Source of the DNA: an uncultured virus (IMG/VR IMGVR_UViG_3300037242_000028)
Taxonomy: Duplodnaviria > Heunggongvirae > Uroviricota > Caudoviricetes
Length of the DNA: 20,000 nucleotides
Strand: one strand, 5' to 3'
Virus record (IMG/VR): IMGVR_UViG_3300037242_000028
In this document: positions 1-8,827 of the stretch, one piece after another
Layout: each line of letters starts with the position of its first letter
Position numbering within the stretch: position 1 is the stretch's first letter
Notes under the pieces: generated by a model
Databases searched by the model: none
Told to the model about the DNA's origin: nothing
Seen by the model: the letters and a program-made list of their open reading frames with translations, nothing else
Made by a program: the position numbers and the translations under genes

Positions 1-168
1 ATTGTTGCCGGTCACCGTGAAGTAGGAAATCGTGTCCGGCTCGGCGTCTTGAAGGGCTTGGATCAGGCTGTAGAGTATCCAAAAGTTCGTATCGACCTGA
101 GCGCCCGTCAGGTCAGCCCCGAGGCCCGGGCCCCACGGGCCCGCAGTGCGGTAAATGATGTCGCTCAT
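1..168 (-). CDS. Tail fibre / receptor-binding protein, N-terminus only (runs off window)
   Basis: Not in the ORF track. Manual translation from ATG at 168: MSDIIYRTAGPWGPGLGADLTGAQVDTNFWILYSLIQALQDAEPDTISYFTVTGNN. The YRT-x-G-x-WG...LT...VD-x-NF N-terminus is typical of phage fibre anchors. GGAG RBS upstream; follows the tail-tip genes. Confidence 0.75.
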   Translation of the reverse strand, partial: MSDIIYRTAGPWGPGLGADLTGAQVDTNFWILYSLIQALQDAEPDTISYFTVTGNN

Positions 169-203
169 GGCAATTCTCCGGGAGAGTTGATCCTGTAGCT
201 TAT

Positions 204-212
204 ATTAACCAT
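204..212 (-). promoter_or_regulatory. ATGGTTAAT motif copy 1 (within near-palindrome TTAACCATATGGTCAA, 205-220)
   Basis: Identical 9-mer also at 11611-11619 and 18306-18314, all intergenic and in the same orientation. Confidence 0.55.
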
Positions 213-216
213 ATGG

Positions 217-2094
217 TCAAGCCGGGGGTGGTGGCGTCTCGCTTGCCCATGTGACCGGCTGAGTGCCGTTATTTACGACTGGCGAGACATCCCACACCGA
301 GGGGTCAAGCTGCCCCACGGCAATCGTCGGGACCGTCTCGCATAGCTCCATGACGGCGGGGACGATCCACCCGTTTGAGAATTGTTGCGCGGTCGCCACC
401 GTGCTGCCCCCATAGGGCTTCGCCCAATTCCACCCGGGCGGCGGGATGAGTGTACCGACGAGGCCTGTCTCCGAATTGACATTCCCAAATAGATTTTGGA
501 TCGCGTTCGCCACTGCATTCCAGTTATCGGCAAACTTCTGACAGACTTGTTTCGCCAACGCGAGACCCGGCTGTTGATGTGGGTTCGTGGTCGGGTCCCA
601 ATCGGGAGGGGGCGTCCCCGGCGGCGATCCCGGCGGCGGCGTTGTGTTTGTCAATCCCGGTTGTTGGATACCCGTTAGCTCCCACACATTCGGCATCGGT
701 CCGCCGTAGTTGGTGTAAGCCTTTTCAAGTCCAAATTTTGTCGCGTACTTGAGGAGTTCGGCCGCAGTCGGCGCAGTCAAATCAAACGCTCCGTATGGCG
801 TGTAGTAGGGATCGAGCGTGACAATAAAAGACGGTAACCCGGCAACCGCCACCCCCGTTACTGCGGTGTTCGCGACGCCCCACCCTCCATCCGGGGTGCC
901 AACACCCATCCAAGAGAGTCCGTCTTGATCTAACGCGGCGGTAGCAAGATTGTCCGCGCCGTAAGTTCCAAGTGGGATAAAAGAATAGTTCACCGCCAAA
1001 ATATACGTCACCGAGAAATAAGGAAGGGCGGTGAAGCCGCTATAGCCCCACCCTCCTAAGTACGCGAAGGCTTCGGAAGGTCCGCCGGGTCTAAAGTAGG
1101 AAAGATCGAGCGGCTGTTGCACCGGGCTGAGATACCAAAACCAAACATTGTCTACTGCCCCGAGCGCGCGTATCCACCAAATCGGCCCCATGTCGATTGC
1201 TGGAATTGACATTGATGCTTGATTGCCGGGTAAGCCGCTCGCCGTGTATGGCGTCGCGCCGAGGAACGGCCCCCCGGTGTTGTCAGGGAAGTAGACATAG
1301 ACGTTCGGGTCAGTGTTCGGCGGCGGCACTTGCTGACCCGTGCCGGGATCGGTCACGTACTGAGTTAGGTCGAGTGTGTTCGCGCCCGGCGACAGCGCGC
1401 CGTTAAGCACGGTGTCATAGTTGTAGAATTGCAAAACGTGCATGTCGTACCACGGTCCCGAATTCCAGTCAGTGTATCCGGGGGGATCGCCGGGGCCGCC
1501 GAAGTCTGCGGTGGGTATCAGCCACGGCATTCCTAGAGTTTGTAACGGACCTTGTTCAACAAACGCGTCCGTCAGAAGCGTCAACGTATAGTCAGTCGCT
1601 ATTTGCTGATTAGCCAGCCCGGGTGTTCCGCTGCCGACTTGGCGCAATAGCTTGACCGCGTGCTGTGCCTTGGTCGATCCATTGGTGGCCCCGACCGCCA
1701 AGCCGCTGCCGGTTGTGTCCGTGATCGCCACGACCGACTTCGGATTGGGAGTCTGACACGCAATGCAAAAATCCGCATTGTTCGGGCCGGTGATCGTGAA
1801 CGCGTCACACACTTCCACATCGAAAAACATCGCCGGGTTTGCCGTGCTTGTCACCCGCATCATATGCGAAGCCCGAGTCGATGACTCCTTGCCGGGCTCA
1901 CCGTTACCGTCCCCCGTGTTGTCGGTGATGTTGGGCGCGTTGACGTTCGGTTTGGAGATTTTATAGGCAATCTGAAAGTTGTTCGGGAGGGTAAGCGAAA
2001 TCGCGTCGAGAACTTCGACATCGGCGTAAAACCGTTCGTCCGCACTCTTGACACGAACGGTGTGCGTTGCGCGGGAATACTGAGACACTGACAT
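217..2094 (-). CDS. Tail tip / virion structural protein (625 aa) with three N-terminal repeats
   Basis: Long ORF starting 3 nt after the upstream stop. Repeats SRATHTVRV..DVEVLDA, TRASHMMRV..DVEVCDA and TKAQHAVKL..LTLLTDA. Located between hub and fibre genes. Confidence 0.75.
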   Translation of the reverse strand: MSVSQYSRATHTVRVKSADERFYADVEVLDAISLTLPNNFQIAYKISKPNVNAPNITDNTGDGNGEPGKESSTRASHMMRVTSTANPAMFFDVEVCDAFTITGPNNADFCIACQTPNPKSVVAITDTTGSGLAVGATNGSTKAQHAVKLLRQVGSGTPGLANQQIATDYTLTLLTDAFVEQGPLQTLGMPWLIPTADFGGPGDPPGYTDWNSGPWYDMHVLQFYNYDTVLNGALSPGANTLDLTQYVTDPGTGQQVPPPNTDPNVYVYFPDNTGGPFLGATPYTASGLPGNQASMSIPAIDMGPIWWIRALGAVDNVWFWYLSPVQQPLDLSYFRPGGPSEAFAYLGGWGYSGFTALPYFSVTYILAVNYSFIPLGTYGADNLATAALDQDGLSWMGVGTPDGGWGVANTAVTGVAVAGLPSFIVTLDPYYTPYGAFDLTAPTAAELLKYATKFGLEKAYTNYGGPMPNVWELTGIQQPGLTNTTPPPGSPPGTPPPDWDPTTNPHQQPGLALAKQVCQKFADNWNAVANAIQNLFGNVNSETGLVGTLIPPPGWNWAKPYGGSTVATAQQFSNGWIVPAVMELCETVPTIAVGQLDPSVWDVSPVVNNGTQPVTWASETPPPPA

Positions 2095-2097
2095 TGA

Positions 2098-2352
2098 TTA
2101 CGCCTTGGGCTTGGACTGCGGATTTTCGATGACGTGCTGAATGACGCCGCTGCTTGAGGGGGCTTCCGTATGAACCGCACCGAGTTTATTTGTCTGCGTA
2201 TAACTAAAGTTCCCCGTGAACGTCTGAGTGCCGCCGGTCAAGCCTATCTTCACAAGCGCAGGCACGTTCGGCTGGCCGGTCAAAGGACCATAGGGTTCCG
2301 GGCCAACATCTCGACCTTGAAACGGCTGGACAATCTGTTCCATCGTGGGCAT
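2098..2352 (-). CDS. Small tail tip protein (84 aa)
   Basis: TAATG stop/start overlap with the hub gene; N-terminal EQIVQPFQ motif recalled from similar phage tail modules. Confidence 0.7.
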   Translation of the reverse strand: MPTMEQIVQPFQGRDVGPEPYGPLTGQPNVPALVKIGLTGGTQTFTGNFSYTQTNKLGAVHTEAPSSSGVIQHVIENPQSKPKA

Positions 2353-5294
2353 TAGTCATTGTCTCCCGGTGCTGAGAGGTTGACGCCTTGCGGCAGTTCA
2401 AGGGGGCTCACAGTGATGGTGTACGCGCCGAGGAATGGCCCGTTTACGACCGAGTCAATTTCGCAAATCCACCCAATCGGATTGCTTTTCATAAGGTTCG
2501 GTAGGATCGCCGCGTCCACCGCCGCTGTCCACACCGTTGCCGGGCCAACCCCTGTGGTAACGATGGTCTCGCCACCGACGCCGCTTTGCACCGGCGTGAT
2601 TGGCTGCGGCGGGTTCAAAATCTTCATGGAAATCAATTCAGCCAAGATACCCGGCTCAAGAGCCGCGTATTGAGTGGGGAGCGTCTCGGTGAAGAAGCCA
2701 CCATCGGACGGTAAATCACCGAGCGGGAATTGCAGCCCGTCATCGAACGGCTCGAACACGGCCCCGGTGTACGAAATGTCAGCGTTCGGCGATCCGAAAG
2801 CATTGTAGCCTACCGAACATCCGATTGTAACACTCCCCCGAATTTTGCCTTTACTCGCGGTCATCCCGTACTTGATGACCTTGCCGGTGGCGACGCCGCC
2901 GGGCAGGCGCGGCTCATACAGTGTCGCATTCATTCGGCAGGACATGCCGAGCACCATTTCAATCGGGCACGCCCATGACACTTCTAGAGCGCGCGAGCGC
3001 ATCCGAATTTTGGCCCGAGCACGGTTGATCGCGTACTCGATTGACTCTTTCCCGCGTGCGGTTGGGAAGTAGCACCGCGCCGTGACGTTATCCGCCGTGC
3101 CGCCGACCGGGATGCCGGGTACACTGCCGAGAACCGCCATTCCAGCGACCCCCGCCGCTCCCCCTGAAATAATCGTGAAATCGGTGCAATTGATCGAAGT
3201 TAAGACGGCATCGGAGTTAGGATCAAAATAAGGAACGCCGGTGATGGTGAGGGCTGGCGGGAATAGAAGTTGATCGCTCTCGGTGGGCAGAGGACGGTAT
3301 TGAACTACGGTGAATTCACCTTCGCCGCCCTCGCCTACATTGGGGACCGCCCCCGCAGAGTCCGATAACGCCGCTCCTGTTGTACCCGCCTCGGCGGTGC
3401 AAATCCAATAGGATGTGCTCGGGGGGACGACATCTTCGAGCGAGCCCGGGCCGCCATTAAAAACTGTATCTGCATAGAGCAAGATCGTACCAACGTCATA
3501 GTTCGTAGCGAACGCCATTTTCTGAATTTTGGCTTGCGGGTTCTCGCCGAGTGAAACCCACGACCCGGTGCCCGGAGAAATTTCTGCCGTTACCGCCCCG
3601 GGTACATCACTGAAATCGGGCTCAACATTGCCGCCTGTTCCGGGACCAAGGCTAATTTGGTATGCCAGCCCGCCCGGCGTGAGCGGGTTGTTCGGGTAAA
3701 TAAGTTGGCCCTTACCGAAATGTTTTCCCCCGGCAAAATCTGACCAAGCGTCATAGATAAGCAACGGCTCGCCGACTTCACCATTCATTTTGATTAGCGC
3801 GGTGTCCTGCTCGACGGTCGGCGATGTGAGGATGGCTTGCGTGTTGGCGGTTACATCGACAAAGATGACTTCGGTGAACTCGCGCTTCGCTTCATACTTT
3901 AGCTCCCACGAACAGTTCAAGCCCCACAGCGGCACGTAAAGAAGCTTCTCTACTAGCTTTGCTGGTATGTTGGTCGGCGGGATGGAATACGGATCACAGA
4001 AGCTGCTTTGACCTGTTGTGATGACGGTAGGGATGCCACCACCCGCCGTCCAAACAGGGCCGAGCAACGCGGGCTGGCTTGATGACTCGTTGATCGACAC
4101 GGTGGCGCAATCATAATCGGTAAGAGTGCCGTAGAATTGTGTGTCGGTCGTGATGTTCCACATCGGGGTTTCTTTGATCGTGTAGGGGTCATCAACATAG
4201 CTCGTCTCGACTGTCCATCCAGCGCCAAGACCCTTGCCCGGCTTCGGCCAGTCGTCAGCGAAGGACCCGCCGGTATAGCTGGCGACGCTCACATCCGGGC
4301 CGTCCACGTAGCCCGTAGTCCGCTGCATCCAATGAACCGTCGTCTGCACTTGCACGTTGGTGAGCGGGGCCTGCCCGATCTTGACTTTCACACTGTCGTA
4401 GATCGCGCTTGGCGGCGACTCGGCGAATACCACAGTGCCATCCTCGCCGACCAGCACGTCGCTTGCTGTCACTTCGAGAGAGCAACGGTCCACATGATAT
4501 AGCGACGACCATCCTTCGAGGATGCTGTCAGGGTTATCCTGTTCCTTTTCCTTTAGGAAAACCGGATCGTAATTCCCGGGGATTTTCAACGTCTCGGCAC
4601 ACGCCTGTTTCCACTGGATGTAGTTCTCCGAGCGTGCAAGGAATTTGAGTGTGATCTTTTCCGCGAACAGATCATCGGGCACGCCTATAAGTTCGCCGAA
4701 GAATATCGGAACGACGGTGTTGCCATTCGTGTATGGCGGGGGGCCCGACGCTCCGCCGGAAGGGGACGGCGAAGTGCCAAGGTTCGACGACGAGGGGATC
4801 GGCGGAACGAGAATGATTGTTGCGTCATCGTAGACCTGATAGCCCGGCTGCACATAGCCATCCACGACGTACTCGGGGGTGCCTTCGACAGTTTCAGGCG
4901 CAAGATCGGTTGCGCCGCTCGATCCATAGCCGTTCGGGATATTGGTGAAGTCCCCCGGGCCGCTGAAAGTCCCTTCCGCGTATGGATCAAGGTTCGGCGG
5001 CTGATATGCGAGCCACGCCCATTGATGACGGGTCGCATTAAGGAGACCCGTGTACGGATTTTTGATCGTGACCGATAGTGTCGGAACTTGACCTTCTTCA
5101 TGTTGCAAGTTGATTTCGAGAATTTCCTCGTCATTACGAAGCATCGTTTCGTCGAACGTGGTTTGATCCGAGTTCACCCAAGCGAACAGAAATGGCAAAG
5201 CATAGCCGGGCGATGTGGTGCCCATGCCGGTGCCTTCGCCGTCGCCGGGGCTGGCTACTCCGGTGATTTCGGGAGTGGTAAGTTCGTCGGTCAT
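2352..5294 (-). CDS. Baseplate hub / central tail protein (980 aa)
   Basis: Large beta-rich ORF two genes downstream of the tape measure gene; starts 1 nt after the preceding stop; carries carbohydrate-binding-like inserts. Confidence 0.75.
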   Translation of the reverse strand: MTDELTTPEITGVASPGDGEGTGMGTTSPGYALPFLFAWVNSDQTTFDETMLRNDEEILEINLQHEEGQVPTLSVTIKNPYTGLLNATRHQWAWLAYQPPNLDPYAEGTFSGPGDFTNIPNGYGSSGATDLAPETVEGTPEYVVDGYVQPGYQVYDDATIILVPPIPSSSNLGTSPSPSGGASGPPPYTNGNTVVPIFFGELIGVPDDLFAEKITLKFLARSENYIQWKQACAETLKIPGNYDPVFLKEKEQDNPDSILEGWSSLYHVDRCSLEVTASDVLVGEDGTVVFAESPPSAIYDSVKVKIGQAPLTNVQVQTTVHWMQRTTGYVDGPDVSVASYTGGSFADDWPKPGKGLGAGWTVETSYVDDPYTIKETPMWNITTDTQFYGTLTDYDCATVSINESSSQPALLGPVWTAGGGIPTVITTGQSSFCDPYSIPPTNIPAKLVEKLLYVPLWGLNCSWELKYEAKREFTEVIFVDVTANTQAILTSPTVEQDTALIKMNGEVGEPLLIYDAWSDFAGGKHFGKGQLIYPNNPLTPGGLAYQISLGPGTGGNVEPDFSDVPGAVTAEISPGTGSWVSLGENPQAKIQKMAFATNYDVGTILLYADTVFNGGPGSLEDVVPPSTSYWICTAEAGTTGAALSDSAGAVPNVGEGGEGEFTVVQYRPLPTESDQLLFPPALTITGVPYFDPNSDAVLTSINCTDFTIISGGAAGVAGMAVLGSVPGIPVGGTADNVTARCYFPTARGKESIEYAINRARAKIRMRSRALEVSWACPIEMVLGMSCRMNATLYEPRLPGGVATGKVIKYGMTASKGKIRGSVTIGCSVGYNAFGSPNADISYTGAVFEPFDDGLQFPLGDLPSDGGFFTETLPTQYAALEPGILAELISMKILNPPQPITPVQSGVGGETIVTTGVGPATVWTAAVDAAILPNLMKSNPIGWICEIDSVVNGPFLGAYTITVSPLELPQGVNLSAPGDND

Positions 5295-5295
5295 G

Positions 5296-5754
5296 TTAGA
5301 TTTCTTCCAACTCTAAAGACCATGTGTTCTCGTTCTTCCATTCCGCGAAGTCCTCGCTCCACGGCTGGACTAACATTACGAGGATGGGCCGGTAGAAAGT
5401 GAAAAGTCCTTGCGTCCAACTTGATCCACTGACTACGGGCCGCGACGGCGAGCCCGAGTTGCCGGTCAGGTAGGCGAGGCTCGCGGCGCATTCGACTGTG
5501 ACTTCCATCCCCGGCCAGATGCCGTCGAGAGGGGGCGCGTCAATGTCGGTGCATGTAATCTTGCTCTTGTATTTCCGAAACACCGGGTTGCTTAGATCAA
5601 TGAGCACGCCGTTCACCGACCGCTCTTGGCTGTTGGCCTCGGGGATGACGCTAAGCGTTTGAGTGAGGCCGCGCGCCTGATATTGAAAGCCGCCCATTCC
5701 AGAAATGGTCAGCAACGTATCGGCATTCGCTGGAAGTACGTTTTCCTGTGTCAT
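5296..5754 (-). CDS. Putative distal tail protein (152 aa)
   Basis: Immediately after the tape measure gene; ARGLTQTL..RSVNGVLIDLS..FRKYKSKITCTD..YRP motifs; size and synteny fit Dit. Confidence 0.7.
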   Translation of the reverse strand: MTQENVLPANADTLLTISGMGGFQYQARGLTQTLSVIPEANSQERSVNGVLIDLSNPVFRKYKSKITCTDIDAPPLDGIWPGMEVTVECAASLAYLTGNSGSPSRPVVSGSSWTQGLFTFYRPILVMLVQPWSEDFAEWKNENTWSLELEEI

Positions 5755-5760
5755 GGCTTG

Positions 5761-8700
5761 TTATCCTGCGGCCCAACTAGGTTTGCGGCCAGTCGAAGAT
5801 GTTTGCTGGCCGATAGCGAACTGCTTAAGCTTTGCCGCGACATTGTCTGGCACTTTCAGGCCGTCGAACGTCTGATCGCCGATGGTCAGGTTCAATATCG
5901 AGTCTGCCTTCTCAATCGCACCGCCCGCCGCGAAGTAAGGTAGCGAGGAAGTGGGAACCATGCCGCCCATCGCGTACCTCTGCGACGGCATTTGAATGTT
6001 GTTCATCGCGTGCATGGTGTCCTCGCCGTAGGCGCGCACCGCCGCCGCCCTCATGACGAACTCACCTTTCGAGAGCCGCGCAAGAACGCTGTCGCTTACG
6101 TCGGTGCCGGGACCGCGAACTACACCATCACAGATACCCCCCTCACAGAAATGAGGTTGTCTCCCCTGCGGTATATTTTTAGAGTCGGCGGGGCACGGCG
6201 GGAAAATTCCAAGAGCGGTAATCATGGCTGCATTCAAATACTGAACGTCCGGTCGAAGCGGATGGGTCTTGATATAATCTTGCAATTTCGCAGGATAATA
6301 CTTCGCGACCATCGCGTTGGTTGCCTGTTGGTCTGGTACGCCGTTCGTCGAGGCCATGTGAATTCCGAAACGTGCGGTAGGCTCGACACACCCCTCGTTA
6401 TAGGGAAGTCCCGTTGACATGACGCAGGCCGAAACACAATCTCCTCTGAAATGCACCTTGTCCTTTTTGTCGTGGATACGCTGCCAGTAGCTGTCGGCTA
6501 CATCAATGGAGCCTCCCGGATTATTTCCTATGACGATGTCCTTCGCACCCACAGTAGCCCCATACGGCAACGGTCGCGGACTCGGGGGTCCGGGCATTGC
6601 GCCGGGAGTGCCGGGATAGCCGGGAGTGCCGGGAGTACCGGGAACGGCGTTGGGGTTCGGAACTAATGATGACAATTTACTCGCTAAGGACATAAGCGCC
6701 GATGCAACTGACGTGCCGCCGCCGCCTATAGCTGATGCCACGGAGGTAAACGCCGAACTAATGCCCGAAGCGCCGCCGCCTATACTGTCCGCGCCAGCTT
6801 GTTTTAGCGCGGTGGCTACTTCCCGGCCCGAAATCTCTTTAGATGTAGATGTAGGCATATTAGCGGCATCGGCTTCCGGGTGCGGAGGCGGCTCTCCCGA
6901 GGGCCCCGAGCCGACGCGAGCATCGCCCGCGCCTTCCGTTCCTACCGGGGGAAGCATATTTGTTGCTCCGCCCGTGCGCCATGGTGCATTCATTGGATCG
7001 GTTACAGATATGGTTTCATGTGTGACCGGGCCGCCGCCGCCGCCGCCGGGCCACGTTCTCGCATCGCGTCTACTTTGGTCGCCAGTCGGTGTGTTAGGGG
7101 CACCGGACGTTGTATGCACCACGAGGCCGCCAAGCGCAGCCTTAATAGCAGCAGCGCCCTCAGTGATGACGCCAGCAAGGGAGTTCAACGCGCCGCTGAC
7201 TGTAGCGCCGCTGGCGTTGATGTCAACGGCCGCGCCTCCGCCGTAGCCACGGCCTTCTGGCGGGAGCGGCTGTCCGCCGCCAGCCATCGGCGCAGCACCA
7301 TCGTCCGGCAGATGATAGATGCGAGTTGTGCCGGATGTTTGCTCCGTCTTTACGCCGGGCCCCGGCTGGTTAGAGTGACCGAACCGAAGTACCTTTATAG
7401 GTGAGTTAGGGTCATCTTTATCGCCCGGCCGAACAATGCCGGGAGTGCCGGGAGTACCGGACGACGGACCCCCCGTTAACGGGCCGCCCCCGTGCAAAAT
7501 ATCCAATCCGTGAAAGGGGGTGGCCCCCGTTGGCTTGGTAAAAAAATCAATAAGTCCTTGCGGCAGGAGAGACTTCATCCAGTCCGCCGCCCCCTTCGTT
7601 GCGGAACTTATAGCGTCTACAATACCCGGGAGTTGTTCTAAATTATGTGCTGCATTGGTTTCGGCGACTGCTTTAATTGGGGCGATAGCGGCGGCGCTTT
7701 TTTCTTTCATCGCGTCTATAACTTGCAGAAGTTTCGCACCCGCCGCCGCCGCCTTCTCTGCGTTATCGACATCCTGCTTCGTAATACCTAAACCATGTGC
7801 AGCGATTTCGGCGGTAGCCGCCTGCATTTTCGCCAGCCCGCCGTCTTGCGCGAATTTGAGGAGCTTCTCGGCGTCCATGCCGCCAGCGCCGCCTGCCCGC
7901 ATAGACCCCATCTCTGCTTTGATTAGGGCGAGCCCCTTCTCTGCGCCAATAGCGCCAGTTTGAATGCCCTCAAATAGTTTTTGGATAACATCTAGCCCCG
8001 ACGCGGGACCAGTTCCGGTTCGTGCGAGGTTCTCAAGAGACTTGGTTAGGGTTTGAATGTCGGTATCGGCAACATCCGCCGACTCCTTGTGTGTTTTGAT
8101 GCCCTCTTTGAGTTTCTCAGTGATGTTCGGGATACTCTTGAGTGCTTGTTCGCGCTGCGCCTCTATCGCCTCGTTCTTTGCGATCTGAGCCTCTTGCTGT
8201 GCGATCCACTTATCCTGCTCCGCGAATGCTTCCTTCGGAACGCCGTAGGACTCTTGCAACTTTTCGTTAGCTTTGGTGACACGGAGCGCCGAGGACGCGG
8301 CGGTATCATGGTCAGTGCGAATGTTTTTCATCATGCTCGCATAGTCGGTCGCGACCCGCGTGGACATGCGGTTGACTAGGCGTTCAAATCCTGACGCGCT
8401 AACCCCGGCTTCCCCAAGCGCCGCGCCCATGCCTTGAATAACCTCGGGCGTCGTCCCCATCGCCCTCGCCATCGAGGCGGTCTTGAGGATGGCGGCGTCT
8501 TGCTGGTCAATGAATTGGCTTAGTTGCTCGGCGGCTTGAGTGAAAGACCCGGCGACCGGGCCGCCCATCAAAGTCGCGAGGCCGGTCAAGTTGCCGCTGG
8601 TCGCACTGCTAAGAATTTGAGAGAAGGACTGCGCGGCTGTCGTTCCGATATTTTTGAACGCGGTATTCAGGCCCTCAATGCCGCCGCCGCCACCGCTCGC

Positions 8701-8826
8701 TTTGCTACCGGCGGCGGCAAGGTTCTCAACGGCCTTCGTCACGCCATCAATTTTATTGACGGCGTCATCGACGCCGTCAGTCTTGACGCTGACCTGTACG
8801 CCTTGAACTACATCTTCTAGGGCCAT
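5761..8826 (-). CDS. Tape measure protein (1021 aa) with embedded ClpP/crotonase-like domain
   Basis: Ala/Gly-rich helical N-terminal half; C-terminal TMP motif GPGTDVSDSVLARLSKGEFVMRAAAVRAYG followed by YAMGG/FAAGG; downstream of the tail chaperone. Confidence 0.9.
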   Translation of the reverse strand: MALEDVVQGVQVSVKTDGVDDAVNKIDGVTKAVENLAAAGSKASGGGGGIEGLNTAFKNIGTTAAQSFSQILSSATSGNLTGLATLMGGPVAGSFTQAAEQLSQFIDQQDAAILKTASMARAMGTTPEVIQGMGAALGEAGVSASGFERLVNRMSTRVATDYASMMKNIRTDHDTAASSALRVTKANEKLQESYGVPKEAFAEQDKWIAQQEAQIAKNEAIEAQREQALKSIPNITEKLKEGIKTHKESADVADTDIQTLTKSLENLARTGTGPASGLDVIQKLFEGIQTGAIGAEKGLALIKAEMGSMRAGGAGGMDAEKLLKFAQDGGLAKMQAATAEIAAHGLGITKQDVDNAEKAAAAGAKLLQVIDAMKEKSAAAIAPIKAVAETNAAHNLEQLPGIVDAISSATKGAADWMKSLLPQGLIDFFTKPTGATPFHGLDILHGGGPLTGGPSSGTPGTPGIVRPGDKDDPNSPIKVLRFGHSNQPGPGVKTEQTSGTTRIYHLPDDGAAPMAGGGQPLPPEGRGYGGGAAVDINASGATVSGALNSLAGVITEGAAAIKAALGGLVVHTTSGAPNTPTGDQSRRDARTWPGGGGGGPVTHETISVTDPMNAPWRTGGATNMLPPVGTEGAGDARVGSGPSGEPPPHPEADAANMPTSTSKEISGREVATALKQAGADSIGGGASGISSAFTSVASAIGGGGTSVASALMSLASKLSSLVPNPNAVPGTPGTPGYPGTPGAMPGPPSPRPLPYGATVGAKDIVIGNNPGGSIDVADSYWQRIHDKKDKVHFRGDCVSACVMSTGLPYNEGCVEPTARFGIHMASTNGVPDQQATNAMVAKYYPAKLQDYIKTHPLRPDVQYLNAAMITALGIFPPCPADSKNIPQGRQPHFCEGGICDGVVRGPGTDVSDSVLARLSKGEFVMRAAAVRAYGEDTMHAMNNIQMPSQRYAMGGMVPTSSLPYFAAGGAIEKADSILNLTIGDQTFDGLKVPDNVAAKLKQFAIGQQTSSTGRKPSWAAG
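6601..6645. repeat. 9-bp tandem repeat, 5 imperfect copies (GCCGGGAGT-like), encoding PGT repeats
   Basis: gccgggagt gccgggata gccgggagt gccgggagt accgggaac. The 23 bp at 6619-6641 recur exactly at 7438-7460. Confidence 0.85.
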
Positions 8827-8827
8827 T

